In this document: in pieces, positions 1-10,402 of the stretch | Layout: each line of letters starts with the position of its first letter | How positions within the stretch are numbered: position 1 is the stretch's first letter | Origin: Microcoleus sp. | GTDB taxonomy: Bacteria; Cyanobacteriota; Cyanobacteriia; Cyanobacteriales; Microcoleaceae | Reading direction: 5' to 3' | DNA: 64,000 bases | NCBI GenBank assembly: GCA_052279835.1 | Contig: CP181291.1 | Span: 256,001-320,000, forward strand | Translations under genes and position numbers: made by a program | Notes under the pieces: model-generated | Told to the model about the DNA's origin: nothing | The model's database searches: none | What the model saw: the letters and a program-made list of their open reading frames with translations, nothing else

Positions 1-523
1 GGCCACTGCGAATCACTGATTTCAAAACATCTTGGGAAATGGGAGGGTCATCTTGCTGCAAGCAACCAAACAACATCCCCATCAAGTTTCGCAAATGACC
101 GCCGCTGACTCGGCACAATTCATCTAAAGTTTCAGGACTGTCAAAAACTTCCGTAATTAATGTCATATGTTCCTCGGTTGACACATCAGGAAAAGCCCGC
201 GACATCACCATCCGCCGCAGCAAATTCATCCCCTCAACACATTCGCTGCCGTCTCTATTCTTGACTGGGACCATCGGCAAAACTTTCGGGTCAACTCCGC
301 CTCCCAATCGATTTTTCAAAATTTCACTTTCATTCCCAAAAATCAATCCCAGCGGCAGGGTATAAACTAAATGGCAATTGAGTTTGCGCAAGTCATCTCC
401 CCGGTTAATAAAGATATATTCTGGTAGCAGTATCCCCGCTGCATTGGGTCGAGAAACTATCCGGTCTAAGTTGTCAACAATCACCACCAATCCTTTTTTA
501 CCCTGCTGCTTAAGCTGATTAGA
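1..523 (-). pseudogene. 5'-truncated P-loop/AAA-type ATPase fragment, runs off the window
   Basis: Manual translation NQLKQQGKKGLVVIVDNLDR...LCRVSGGHLRNL is open to base 1. A Walker B-like VIVDNLD is present, but an in-frame TGA (524-526) lies just upstream and no Walker A is seen. Confidence 0.65.
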
Positions 524-540
524 TCAATAACTAATGACTC

Positions 541-632
541 TCACTTTTGTTTCCAATATTTGTAAGCAGCACTGGCCAAGGTGACAACTCCGCCGAGGGA
601 TGGTTCTGGTAAAATTTGGAAGCCGATCGCCC
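541..632 (-). repeat. Internally deleted copy of the 3' end of the amidohydrolase gene
   Basis: TGTTTCCAATATTTGTAAGCAGCACTGGCCAAGGTGACAAC matches ~2094-2134 and CGCCGAGGGATGGTTCTGGTAAAATTTGGA matches ~2268-2298. Confidence 0.85.
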
Positions 633-662
633 TTCCTCTTCCCATTTTCATAAAATAAGTGC

Positions 663-1067
663 TTACTGATAAAGATTGTGATTTGGATCTAACCAAACAA
701 TATAAAACACATCTTCAATAAAAAAACCATGCACTCGACCGTGTTCGTTCGTTGAAAGAGAAAACTGATAAGGAATTGTTACCAATTCTTTTTCATTGGG
801 GATACCAAACCCATTCGGTTCTGTTGTTTCTCGCCACTTAATCGGATGACAGCGAAGAGATTGACTGCGATTCATCTTTATCTCTTGTGCCGTTAATGTC
901 GATAAATCGCGCAATCTTTCCAGAAAAGCAGTAAAATAATTTGGAGGGCGATCGCGAATTGAGAATTTTTCATTCTGAGTTTGCAGGTACTTGAACGAAA
1001 ATCCCAGACTTTCCGGCGGTTTCCCTTGAGAAGGGACAATTTTAGACTGAGGTTTCTTCTTTGACAC
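663..1067 (-). CDS. Putative toxin partner of the Panacea antitoxin (RelE-like fold suspected)
   Basis: Basic 134-aa ORF overlapping the antitoxin 3' end, with C-terminal GRVHGF...FYIVWLDPNH motif. Confidence 0.6.
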   Translation of the reverse strand: MSKKKPQSKIVPSQGKPPESLGFSFKYLQTQNEKFSIRDRPPNYFTAFLERLRDLSTLTAQEIKMNRSQSLRCHPIKWRETTEPNGFGIPNEKELVTIPYQFSLSTNEHGRVHGFFIEDVFYIVWLDPNHNLYQ

Positions 1068-1683
1068 AAGCCGAATAATATTGTTTCATCGATTCTTGAG
1101 AAATAATGGTATGACAAGATTCGTCTCTGGGTAAATTCCCTCTCGCTTCTAGCCAAGGCATTTCACCGCAAATCATTCGTTCCAAAGTTTCATCATCATA
1201 CTCAAAATAGGCATCTACAACCTGTTCCATAAATTCTCCGATTTCTTCAGAAAGTTTCGGTTCTTCGATTTTTTTTGCAATTGGTTCCCAGCTAAATTGG
1301 CTTTGATACTCCTCTAGTAAATCAGGAATCACCGGACCGTGAATCCACGCTTGAAAATCCGCATTAAAGAGTGGCGTGCCATAAATTGCTAAATGCCAAG
1401 CTTGAGCGTAGTACATTAGTTTTTGTAGCTTGTAAGCATTTATTTCTACATCAGATTGCGAGGCTAACCCAATGAAATAATTGGCAATTTCGCGATCGCT
1501 CAGTGTTTCCGAATTGGTTGAAACAGCAACAACTTTCAGTTCACCCTGAGCTATCTGTTCCAATAGTTCAGAAGCAGACAAGTTGAATTGTTTAGCAATT
1601 TGCTCGACTTTTTGCCAGACTGGATAATTTACAGTTACTTGATATTCTGTTTTGATTGAAGGAGCTTGGGTCATGGCTAGCAT
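1042..1683 (-). CDS. Panacea (DUF4065/SocA/GepA) antitoxin with N-terminal putative DNA-binding extension
   Basis: KLQKLMYYAQAWHL...PLF...FQAWIHGPV signature. Confidence 0.85.
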   Translation of the reverse strand: MLAMTQAPSIKTEYQVTVNYPVWQKVEQIAKQFNLSASELLEQIAQGELKVVAVSTNSETLSDREIANYFIGLASQSDVEINAYKLQKLMYYAQAWHLAIYGTPLFNADFQAWIHGPVIPDLLEEYQSQFSWEPIAKKIEEPKLSEEIGEFMEQVVDAYFEYDDETLERMICGEMPWLEARGNLPRDESCHTIISQESMKQYYSACVKEETSV

Positions 1684-1950
1684 TTCTTAGCGGTGACTTA
1701 AATAATTATAGCAGATAGTGTTACAATATTCGTAATAAAAGTTATATTATAAAGCTCTTCATTACTTGTTCTGCTTAACTTGTAATTGAGTAAGTAAATC
1801 CACTTAATTAAACGTAAAATACGGATGACCGAAAAGCTGACTGTATAAGTCTTCTTCCTTCTTCCTGAATTTCCCCCCTTGGGGGGGAGCAGGGGGAGGT
1901 GACTTCTTCCTTCTACTTATCATAACTTGGCTGTACAATCAAGGTTTTAG

Positions 1951-2069
1951 TGCATCCCAATTTGGGAGGGACTCTCGCATTCCGGCAGTAAGTCTCTGCT
2001 TATAACTAATAAGTTATCTACGGTCATGCTTGGCCCCTAGGGATATATTTGCAAAAATGGGATTCTCCC
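1951..2069. repeat. REP/MITE-like intergenic element related to 5316-5539
   Basis: Ends TGCATCCCAATTTG ... CAAAAATGGGATTCTCCC and shares the internal CGGTCATGCTT motif. Confidence 0.55.
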
Positions 2070-2077
2070 AAACCATA

Positions 2078-3265
2078 TCACTTACTTGCTTGCTGTTTCC
2101 AATATTTGTAAGCAGCACTGGCCAAGGTGACAACCCCAGTAATTATGGCCGCTTCATCCACCTCAAATTGCGGATGATGGAGAGGATAATTTGGTCGAGC
2201 TTTTAATCCAACTCCCAGGCGAAACATGGTTCCCGGTGCGTGTTCTAGATACATCGAAAAATCTTCGGCGCCGAGGGATGGTTCTGGTAAAATTTGGACG
2301 CGCGATCGCCCTAAAGTTTCTAAAGCCGCTGCTTCGAGTAATTGGGTGAGACAGGGATCGTTTTGCACTCCCGGTACACCACGTTTATAGTTGAGTTCAT
2401 ATTTTGCGCCGTAAGTTTGACAGACACCGGCCACAATTTGTTCGATCCAAGCTGGTAGTTTTTCGTAGGTTTCAGGATGGAGCGATCGCACGGTGCCTAA
2501 TAATTTTACGCGATCGGCAATCACGTTAGGCGCTCGTCCCCCACTAATTTGCCCGATGGTTAAAACCACAGGCCTCAATGGATTTTGCATTCTACTAATC
2601 GCCTGCTGCAAAGTAGTAATAATCTGCGAAGCTATCCAAATTGCATCGATCGCCTCGTGGGGACGCGCGCCGTGGCCGGATTCACCCATGACAATCAATT
2701 CTAGGTCATCCGCCGCCGCCGTCAGTGCCCCGTGGCGAATTCCCACACAACCGCCGGGAATCGTCGGAAAAACGTGCACTCCCAGGATGCCCTCCACATC
2801 TTGCATCGCCCCATCTGCAATCATCCAACGCGCGCCTTGGGCTATCTCCTCCGCCGGCTGAAACAAAAACCGAACGTGACCCGGTAATTTTTCTTCCAAC
2901 TGAGACAATACCATCGCTGCGCCCAAACCGACGGTGGTGTGGATGTCGTGGCCGCAAGCGTGCATGACTCCTGGGTTTTTCGAGGCAAATTCCAGGTTTG
3001 TGCGTTCTTGCATCGGTAAAGCGTCCATATCGGTACGAATTGCTAGCCAGCGCGACTGGTTGCTATGGCCTTTGATCTCGCCGATGACACCAGTTTTGCC
3101 AATTCCTTCGATCGCATGAACTCCACTGGAAGCCAAAACACCAGCTACATAGGCCGCTGTTTGATATTCTTGGCCGCTGAGTTCGGGGTGCGAGTGGATG
3201 TGGCGGCGGATTTCGATTAAGCGAGGTGCAAGGGTAGTAGCTAATTCAAGAATGCGGGCAAGCAT
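2078..3265 (-). CDS. M20D family amidohydrolase
   Basis: HSHPELS, RTDMDALP, MHACGHD, FQPAEE, GAEDF and LHHP motifs. Confidence 0.93.
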   Translation of the reverse strand: MLARILELATTLAPRLIEIRRHIHSHPELSGQEYQTAAYVAGVLASSGVHAIEGIGKTGVIGEIKGHSNQSRWLAIRTDMDALPMQERTNLEFASKNPGVMHACGHDIHTTVGLGAAMVLSQLEEKLPGHVRFLFQPAEEIAQGARWMIADGAMQDVEGILGVHVFPTIPGGCVGIRHGALTAAADDLELIVMGESGHGARPHEAIDAIWIASQIITTLQQAISRMQNPLRPVVLTIGQISGGRAPNVIADRVKLLGTVRSLHPETYEKLPAWIEQIVAGVCQTYGAKYELNYKRGVPGVQNDPCLTQLLEAAALETLGRSRVQILPEPSLGAEDFSMYLEHAPGTMFRLGVGLKARPNYPLHHPQFEVDEAAIITGVVTLASAAYKYWKQQASK

Positions 3266-3341
3266 GAATTTATTTGGGGATGGCGGTACAAACGATTTTC
3301 AATTAGGTTAACGCAAATGTCCCACGAACAGGCAACCGGGC

Positions 3342-3941
3342 TTAAGTTGCGATGTTGATATATCCGGGCTGACTTTTGATGCGATCGATCCAAGATTCAA
3401 TTGCTGGAAATCGTGTTAAATCAAATCCTCCCTCCGCAGCAACGTGAGTATAAGCAAATAAACCGATGTCAGCAATGGTATAGCGATCGGCTACAAAAAA
3501 GTCATTTGTTTCTAAATGCCGTTCCATCACTCCCAAAGCAGCATAACCCGGTGCTTGTTTTTGCTTAAGTGCTTCCTGGAATTCCTCACTTTTACCAGTC
3601 AAATACCAAAAACGAGAAGTTGCAATAAAAGGTTCGTGGCTATATTGTTCAAAAAACAACCACTGCATGACTTGAGATCTTTCAAATTTATCATTGGGAA
3701 AAAACTCAGTCCCTTCGCTCAAATAAAACATAATTGCATTGGATTCAAATAGAAATTTGCCCGGTTCTATTTCTAACACCGGAATCCGCCCGTTGGGATT
3801 TTTATGCAAAAAATCTTTAGTTCGACTTTCTCCTTTGAGAATGTCAATTTCCAGCGTGGCAAAGGGAATATTAAGCTGATTTAACAGCAAGCGGATTTTG
3901 TAGCAATTCCCCGACATCGAATATTGATAAAGTTTAAACAT
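3342..3941 (-). CDS. Glutathione S-transferase family protein
   Basis: SGNCYK, NPNGRIP, LFESNAI and YTIADI motifs. Confidence 0.93.
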   Translation of the reverse strand: MFKLYQYSMSGNCYKIRLLLNQLNIPFATLEIDILKGESRTKDFLHKNPNGRIPVLEIEPGKFLFESNAIMFYLSEGTEFFPNDKFERSQVMQWLFFEQYSHEPFIATSRFWYLTGKSEEFQEALKQKQAPGYAALGVMERHLETNDFFVADRYTIADIGLFAYTHVAAEGGFDLTRFPAIESWIDRIKSQPGYINIAT

Positions 3942-4117
3942 TCTTTTTTTTATACCGCAGAGGACACAGAGAACACAGAGTTAATGTTCACAATTTATCA
4001 TTGTAGCATTATTCTGTTGTGCCTAGGGTAGCTATGGGTAAACAAGTATCAATTAAGCTGGCATCTGACTCTCACTTAACAGTTATTCTGCAATTTTATT
4101 ATAAAAATAAAAAATAT

Positions 4118-4147
4118 TTGACATTTTGTCATGACTAGACATAGAAT
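4118..4147 (+). promoter_or_regulatory. Candidate sigma70-type promoter
   Basis: TTGACA-N18-TAGAAT, 35 bp upstream of the ATG at 4183. Confidence 0.4.
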
Positions 4148-4182
4148 ATTGTCGTTATCAAATTTTAGAACACTCAAATCCT

Positions 4183-5286
4183 ATGAACTGGGGCAATAAC
4201 TCAATTGTAATTTATTCAAATTTTCCATTTCATGTAGAAGATTGGTCTCCCCGATCTGTGAATAAAGGTATTGGTGGCAGTGAAGAAGCGATAATTTACT
4301 TAAGTCAAGAATTTGTTAAGTTAGGCTACCAGGTTCATGTTTTTAATCGATGCGGTGAGATGGCAGGGGAATATAATGGTGTAGTCTATCAGTCAGTTGA
4401 CAAATTTAATCCCCAAGATAACTTTAATGTCTTAATCTTTCATCGCTATTGGACACAACCAATGGGAATGAAAGTTAAAGCCAGAAAAATTGCTGTGTGG
4501 ATGCACGATAACCCGCAATTATTTCCTCCCATAGAAGAGTCGCAGCGTTTAGAATTTCTGGGAAGTTTTGATAAACTTTTTATGTTGTCAAATTTTCATA
4601 AATCTCTACTGCCAGACTGGATTCCAGAAGACAAGATATTTTTAACCACCAATGGGATTAATCTTGCCGACTTCAATTTAACAGGTATTGCGAGAAATCC
4701 CAAGAGATTAATTTCGATTAGTGACTATACAAGAGGTATTGAAAATTTACTCACGCAATGGGATCGAGTTCTCCAAGAAGTGCCAGATGTTGAATTACAT
4801 ATTTTTTATGGTTGGCAAGGAATTGATGCTTTAATTAATTCACCTTATCTTGATAAGTTTCCACACTTGCCAGACAAAAAACAACAACTTTTAAAACTTT
4901 TCGCTCAGAAAAATGTCTACGAACATGGCAGAATTGGACACGAGCAGTTGGTTGAAGAATTATGCAAATCAGGCATCTGGGTTTATCCTTGTCATACTGC
5001 GACAGAAATTTTCTGTATTAGTGCTTGGAAAGCACAAGCTGCTGGTTGTGTTCCGCTAGTGACAACTTATGCGGGTTTAGATGAAACAGTGCAATCAGGT
5101 GTCAGAATTAAGGGGCCGGCGGGTGATGAAGAAACTAATAATGCTTTTATTGAAGCACTGATAGATTTGCTAAAAAATCCTGAAAAACAAGAACCTTTAA
5201 GACAGGAAGCATTAGCTCTTAAAGATTCATTTAGCTGGGCTCTAGTCGCTCAACAATGGCATCAGGAGTTTATATGCGCTCCTTAA
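4183..5286 (+). CDS. GT-B (family 4-like) glycosyltransferase
   Basis: GIGGSEEAI N-terminal motif and EIFCISAWKAQAAG donor-binding motif. Confidence 0.8.
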   Translation: MNWGNNSIVIYSNFPFHVEDWSPRSVNKGIGGSEEAIIYLSQEFVKLGYQVHVFNRCGEMAGEYNGVVYQSVDKFNPQDNFNVLIFHRYWTQPMGMKVKARKIAVWMHDNPQLFPPIEESQRLEFLGSFDKLFMLSNFHKSLLPDWIPEDKIFLTTNGINLADFNLTGIARNPKRLISISDYTRGIENLLTQWDRVLQEVPDVELHIFYGWQGIDALINSPYLDKFPHLPDKKQQLLKLFAQKNVYEHGRIGHEQLVEELCKSGIWVYPCHTATEIFCISAWKAQAAGCVPLVTTYAGLDETVQSGVRIKGPAGDEETNNAFIEALIDLLKNPEKQEPLRQEALALKDSFSWALVAQQWHQEFICAP

Positions 5287-5315
5287 ATCCATTATAAACA
5301 GTCCTGGACGCAACG

Positions 5316-5539
5316 GGAGCATCCCGATTTTGTATGGGCGAAGCATGACTGCCGACAATTTATTAGTGATACCATTTTTCTTTCATATGTGCTATGGATG
5401 AAGTCTTAGCCCCCCCTTAATAAGGGGGGGTTGGGGGGGTAATATCTAGCGCTACTTTATGAAATTGGTATGATAACTAGAGATTTACAGCGGTCATGCT
5501 TCGTCGCTACGAATATATTTGTCAAACACAGATGCACCC
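5316..5539. repeat. Nested MITE/REP composite
   Basis: Outer GGGAGCATC/GATGCACCC, middle GAAGCATGAC/GTCATGCTTC, inner ATACCATTT/AAATTGGTAT (5369-5471) containing a CCCCCCTTAATAAGGGGGG hairpin. Confidence 0.7.
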
Positions 5540-5546
5540 GACGCAA

Positions 5547-5588
5547 ATGGCACGTTTGCGATCGCGGTCTCCATCGCAAACGTGCCAT
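5547..5588. repeat. Perfect 16-bp inverted repeat containing HIP1
   Basis: ATGGCACGTTTGCGAT-N10-ATCGCAAACGTGCCAT. Confidence 0.8.
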
Positions 5589-5678
5589 CACCACAACCCG
5601 TCCTATACCTGTACCCATTGACAACAGTTATAATTAGAATATTTTAATTACATACCAATATCGCCGGAGGCATTTTCA

Positions 5679-6299
5679 ATGATTTTTCAACTACAACCTC
5701 AATTCATGACTCCCCAAGAATATTTGGAATGGGAAGAACAACAACCCATTAAATATGAATACATGAATGGAGAAGTCTTTGCCATGACTGGGGGAATTCT
5801 GCCCCATAACTCAATTGCCATAAACATTACATCTGCACTCAAAAATCACCTGCGGGGTAAAGGTTGTAAAGTCTTTATGGCAGATGCCAAAGTGGGAGTT
5901 TCACAAAATGGTCCATTTCACTATCCAGATGTGATGGTGAGTTGCGATCCGCAAGACCAAACAGCCCGTAAAGTTATTTATCATCCTTGTTTAATTGTCG
6001 AAGTGCTATCTCCTGGTACAGAAGCATTCGATCGCGGTCAAAAATTTAGAAATTACCGTCAAATTGAAAGTTTAACAGAATACGTTCTGATTGAAACCGA
6101 TCGCCTGAACGTCGAATGTTACCGCATCAATGAAAAAGGCAAATGGGAACTCACTGCTTATTCCCTTGACGCAACAACTATCGACGCTACAGAAGTAGAA
6201 GTTGATTTTCCCAGCGTTGATTTCCGTTGTCCGATTTCTTTGCTGTATGAAGATGTTGTTTTTCCTGAAGATAATCCCGCAGATTCTGCCGATCGCTAA
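5679..6299 (+). CDS. Uma2 family (DUF820) endonuclease-like protein
   Basis: YPDVMV, LIVEVLSPGT, DRGQKF and EYVLI motifs. Confidence 0.92.
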   Translation: MIFQLQPQFMTPQEYLEWEEQQPIKYEYMNGEVFAMTGGILPHNSIAINITSALKNHLRGKGCKVFMADAKVGVSQNGPFHYPDVMVSCDPQDQTARKVIYHPCLIVEVLSPGTEAFDRGQKFRNYRQIESLTEYVLIETDRLNVECYRINEKGKWELTAYSLDATTIDATEVEVDFPSVDFRCPISLLYEDVVFPEDNPADSADR

Positions 6300-6354
6300 T
6301 TAAGCCTGGTGTCTCAAGAGCGATCGCATCATTTAATCAAAAGCAGATGGTAGT

Positions 6355-7320
6355 TTATTTGTCAGTGCGATCGTGCGAGCTATCGAAACCCGCAACTTCT
6401 GCCAAAGTATAAAGCGGCCTCCCCTTTACCTCCTCATAAATCCGCCCTACATACTGACCCAAAATCCCAATACTCACCAACTGTACCGCACCTAAAAAGA
6501 AAACCGCCATCATCACAATTGTCAAACCAGTTAATGCCGAATTTGGATAAAAAATCCGCCAATACAAAATCAAAAAAGCCATTAATACAGATACAAATGC
6601 AGCAAATAATCCCAAATAAATCGAAAGTCTCAGGGGAACTTTTGAAAAAGACACTAAACCATTCATTGCCAAACCCAAAGATTTTCTAAACGTATACTTA
6701 ACCTCGCCGGCAAAACGCGGATCGCGTTCAAATTTAACTGCTGTTTGCTTAAAACCAATCCAAGCCCGCAATCCCCGAATGTAACGATTTCGTTCGGGCA
6801 TGGCGTTGAGTATATCGACTACACAACGATCCATTAAACAAAAATCTCCTGTATCTATGGGAATATCAACATCGGCAAGATGGCGCAAAATGCGATAATA
6901 CATATAAGCTGGCAACCGCTTAAACCAACCTTCTTTATGGCGTTGAGTGCGTTGAGCGTACACAACTTGATAGCCTTGCCGCCATTGTTCTACCATGTCT
7001 ATAATCAACTCAGGCGGGTCTTGCAAATCGCCGTCCATTACTACTACAATTTTACCTGTAGAAAAGTTTAAACCAGCAGTCACGGCTATTTGATGGCCAA
7101 AATTGCGGGCAAAACTGAGGTAAGAAATGCGTGCATCTTTTTCGTGCAATTCTCGTAGAAGTTCCAGAGAGCGATCGCGACTGCCATCATTGATTAAAAT
7201 TAACTCTACTGGGCCATCCATCCGAGCCATCACCGCACTAATTCGCCGGTAAAGTTCTGGGAGAGTTTCTTCTTCATTATAAATAGGAATTACTAAGGAA
7301 TATTTGGGTATGCTTTTCAT
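6355..7320 (-). CDS. GT2 polyprenyl-phosphate glycosyltransferase (GtrB/YkoT-like)
   Basis: [29 protein letters not shown] motifs and two C-terminal TM helices. Confidence 0.92.
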   Translation of the reverse strand: MKSIPKYSLVIPIYNEEETLPELYRRISAVMARMDGPVELILINDGSRDRSLELLRELHEKDARISYLSFARNFGHQIAVTAGLNFSTGKIVVVMDGDLQDPPELIIDMVEQWRQGYQVVYAQRTQRHKEGWFKRLPAYMYYRILRHLADVDIPIDTGDFCLMDRCVVDILNAMPERNRYIRGLRAWIGFKQTAVKFERDPRFAGEVKYTFRKSLGLAMNGLVSFSKVPLRLSIYLGLFAAFVSVLMAFLILYWRIFYPNSALTGLTIVMMAVFFLGAVQLVSIGILGQYVGRIYEEVKGRPLYTLAEVAGFDSSHDRTDK

Positions 7321-7366
7321 GATAGTCGATGTTTTACTTCTGCTGTTTAAGTATTAAATCACAGCT

Positions 7367-9304
7367 CTATTTTTTCATAAATACGCTCAGGGGTGCAACG
7401 GAAAATTTTTGTACATAAGTTTGATTTTTGATAACCATTTCTTTTCCTGGTGGGCGCTCTTTTTTGCTAGCTTGGTAAATTATTGCGCAGGGAATAAAGC
7501 TCTTGTAGGGTTCAAAATTTAATTTTTTCTCGACTACAGGATCGATGGTAGAGATATGTTCAATCCGAGGTGCCGGTTTTCCCGGTTCTTGAAAAAGTAC
7601 CCACAAGGGATATTCCCAGGAATTTTTAGTCCAAAATGATAGTCCTATATTTGTACAGTTTTGAGTTTTGATAAAACCTACTGTTTGATTGTAAGAATAC
7701 TCGATTTTCGGCCGACTTGTAAAGTAAAGTTCATTTCTGCTGGTATTAAGAATGTTACTTTCTCCTAGCAAAGGTCGAAATTTGTTATGAAAAATCCAAG
7801 GCAGGGACATAAATATCAAAATTCCGGCAATATAGTTGGCTATTTTATGATTTGACAATTGTGATATTGTTAGTCCAAACAATGGTGCAAATAATACAAA
7901 AAATGTCAGGTGGTGGCGACTTTGCCAAGGCTGGAATTTGAGCAGCAAACAAAGTAGTAAAAATGTACTGATGGTAGCAACTAAATAAATTATTATTATA
8001 TTTATTTTTCTGATTTTTTCCTGATTTAAAATTAGGATCAAAGTGGCAATTATTAGCCCAAAATGAATGGGATTGGTAGCATTATTTTCATTGAATGAGG
8101 GTGTAGTCAGAGCATAGACTTGTCCTGGAGGCCATGTGATGCGCGGATCATTTGGCTGGATACCTAATATTTTGTGTAGTATTTTAACTACTGCCACAAT
8201 TAAGCCATTAATTTGGGAAATGCTGGTGCCGGTGTGCATGGCTAAGTTTCTAATTATATTTGACCCAAAAGTGGGGATGCTAAATATTTCAATTTTGTAT
8301 TCTTTAGTAAAATCTTGAGGAGCGCCGATCGCGTAGCCAAACAAATCATAGTTTCGCCAAAAATGACCTAGATTCAGGAGAATAGTTACAGATGCTATCA
8401 TCAAAATGGGTGGCAATATTTTTTGATGATAGCGCTTAATTCCTACTATTAAAAACCAGATTATAAAAGGTAGTGAAAATATGTAAGCTGTGGTTTTTGT
8501 CAAGCAAGCTAGACCCAAGCTTGCACCAATTTTGAGAGTGTTAGATAGAGTAATTCCTGCTGACATTCCCGCTAAACCGCAGGAGACAAAACACACTACC
8601 CAAAAACATACAGCATAGTCGTTTTGGGTGCTAGAACCTTGGAGGATACCCATGGGTAAAGTTGCAGCAAAGACGCTGGCAAAAACTTGACCGCGCAAGT
8701 TCGCTCCCAGTTGCTGAGCAATTAGAGAAACGGCGATCGCACTGCCAATCATACTCAACCATTGTATCAGGTTCGCAAAGCGATCGCCCCCGCTTAAAAT
8801 CTGAAAGTGCATAATCGCAAATTCTGCCCCAGGCGGGTGATACAATTGCGGTACATAGGATGTTGGATAATGCTCGACACTCCCATTTTGCATCCAGTGA
8901 ACCACCCGACTCATGTGATATGTCATGGAATCCCAATTGTTAGGTGGCGAAACTATAGCTATTAAACCAATGGTCACAAAAATCAATGATATACTTGCTA
9001 GTAAACCTACTAAAAAGCGGGGTATTTTAATTTGATGATTTAGTAAATAATTGGGCTTGATATTTAAACTTTTTAGATATATGATTAAAATCACAATATC
9101 TGCGGATAACCACAAGTAAAATACCGAATTAAAAGCGATGGATTTGAATAAGCTTAAAATTTCCGTAGATAAAACAATCGCCACTCCCCATGCAATCGCA
9201 GCCGATAAAACCGCACTGCGCCAACAATTATTTATTTGATGGAATATCAAGAATAAAATTAGTAAATAAACCAAGGGAAGCAAGCCGAATATATCTGTAG
9301 TCAT
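7367..9304 (-). CDS. GT-C (ArnT/GT39-like) polytopic membrane glycosyltransferase
   Basis: Many TM segments, PPNNWDSMTYH and STQND motifs, adjacent to the GtrB-like gene. Confidence 0.75.
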   Translation of the reverse strand: MTTDIFGLLPLVYLLILFLIFHQINNCWRSAVLSAAIAWGVAIVLSTEILSLFKSIAFNSVFYLWLSADIVILIIYLKSLNIKPNYLLNHQIKIPRFLVGLLASISLIFVTIGLIAIVSPPNNWDSMTYHMSRVVHWMQNGSVEHYPTSYVPQLYHPPGAEFAIMHFQILSGGDRFANLIQWLSMIGSAIAVSLIAQQLGANLRGQVFASVFAATLPMGILQGSSTQNDYAVCFWVVCFVSCGLAGMSAGITLSNTLKIGASLGLACLTKTTAYIFSLPFIIWFLIVGIKRYHQKILPPILMIASVTILLNLGHFWRNYDLFGYAIGAPQDFTKEYKIEIFSIPTFGSNIIRNLAMHTGTSISQINGLIVAVVKILHKILGIQPNDPRITWPPGQVYALTTPSFNENNATNPIHFGLIIATLILILNQEKIRKINIIIIYLVATISTFLLLCLLLKFQPWQSRHHLTFFVLFAPLFGLTISQLSNHKIANYIAGILIFMSLPWIFHNKFRPLLGESNILNTSRNELYFTSRPKIEYSYNQTVGFIKTQNCTNIGLSFWTKNSWEYPLWVLFQEPGKPAPRIEHISTIDPVVEKKLNFEPYKSFIPCAIIYQASKKERPPGKEMVIKNQTYVQKFSVAPLSVFMKK

Positions 9305-9496
9305 AAGGTTTATACTACGGTGGTTATGTATTAAATTTTGTTAATACTGAAGGCGGCCGTCACGCAAGGGTTGTCGAAGTGTTGAAACCGCTACCGAGTT
9401 ATCCCCAAGTCCGTCGCCAGGGGCTTGCGTCTCGTTTTTTGCTCAGAGTTTTTAGGGGTGGGAAGAGGGGCCTTAACCCCTACCTCCCTAAAAATA

Positions 9497-9973
9497 TTAG
9501 TCTTCTTTTCGATCGTTCAGACAGGGGGAGTAATTTTTGACGATCAACAAACAGTTTCGTCCATCAGCGGTTCTCACATAACTGAGAGTATCACCGATGT
9601 CTTTCATTAATTTTAGACCCCGACCACCCGGAGCTTCAATATCTACTGTTTCGGAAATATTTTTGATTTTTGCTTCTAAATCAAAGGGTTCGCCGCAATC
9701 CCAGATTTTAATCTCTACAAATTCAGGGAACACTACCACCTGAATTTCCACAGGTAAATCTGCTGGTTTGCCATTATGGGCGTGACGGACGGCATTGGTA
9801 AAGCCCTCCGCCAAAGCCAACTGGCACCTGATCCAAACACTTGTGGGAATTCGCGACTCGTACAATTTTGAAAACCACGACAAAACGCGGTCTAATCCAT
9901 TTAGACCCGTATTGACTTGAAGATCCGCTTTCTTGAGCATCGGCAACTTTTCGTAACCTTTCAATTCAATCAA
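9497..9973 (-). CDS. RsbW-like anti-sigma factor Ser/Thr kinase
   Basis: LAEGFTNAVRHA, WDCG and GGRGL HATPase motifs. Confidence 0.9.
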   Translation of the reverse strand: MIELKGYEKLPMLKKADLQVNTGLNGLDRVLSWFSKLYESRIPTSVWIRCQLALAEGFTNAVRHAHNGKPADLPVEIQVVVFPEFVEIKIWDCGEPFDLEAKIKNISETVDIEAPGGRGLKLMKDIGDTLSYVRTADGRNCLLIVKNYSPCLNDRKED

Positions 9974-10402
9974 TCTCAGCTAATGAATAATTTCACTGGC
10001 TGGTGGGCAAAATACAACAATACAAAATAAAACTACAGAAAATACAACGGTCGCAAAATTCAATGATAATTTGAGGGTAGTAGTTTCGAGGGGCAGGCAG
10101 TATAGATATTTAATCCACTAATCGGTTAAACAGGATACCATATGTAGGGATTCGATGTCAACCAGGGCCGGAGCAAAATAAAAGTCTATAAAAATTTATA
10201 TTTTGAATATAAACTGAGTGAAGTTCGATCGCGCCGAAATTTCCCTCAAATTTAAACGTAAATTGAACTCAAAGGCCCGCTGTCAACAGCAATTACCTAG
10301 AAAGCGATGTTATTAGACTATACTCAATCTCAGACCAACGCGCTGACAGGATATATTTTGAATGACCCCCAGACCTTGAAAGACTTGTAGTACCTGAGTG
10401 CC

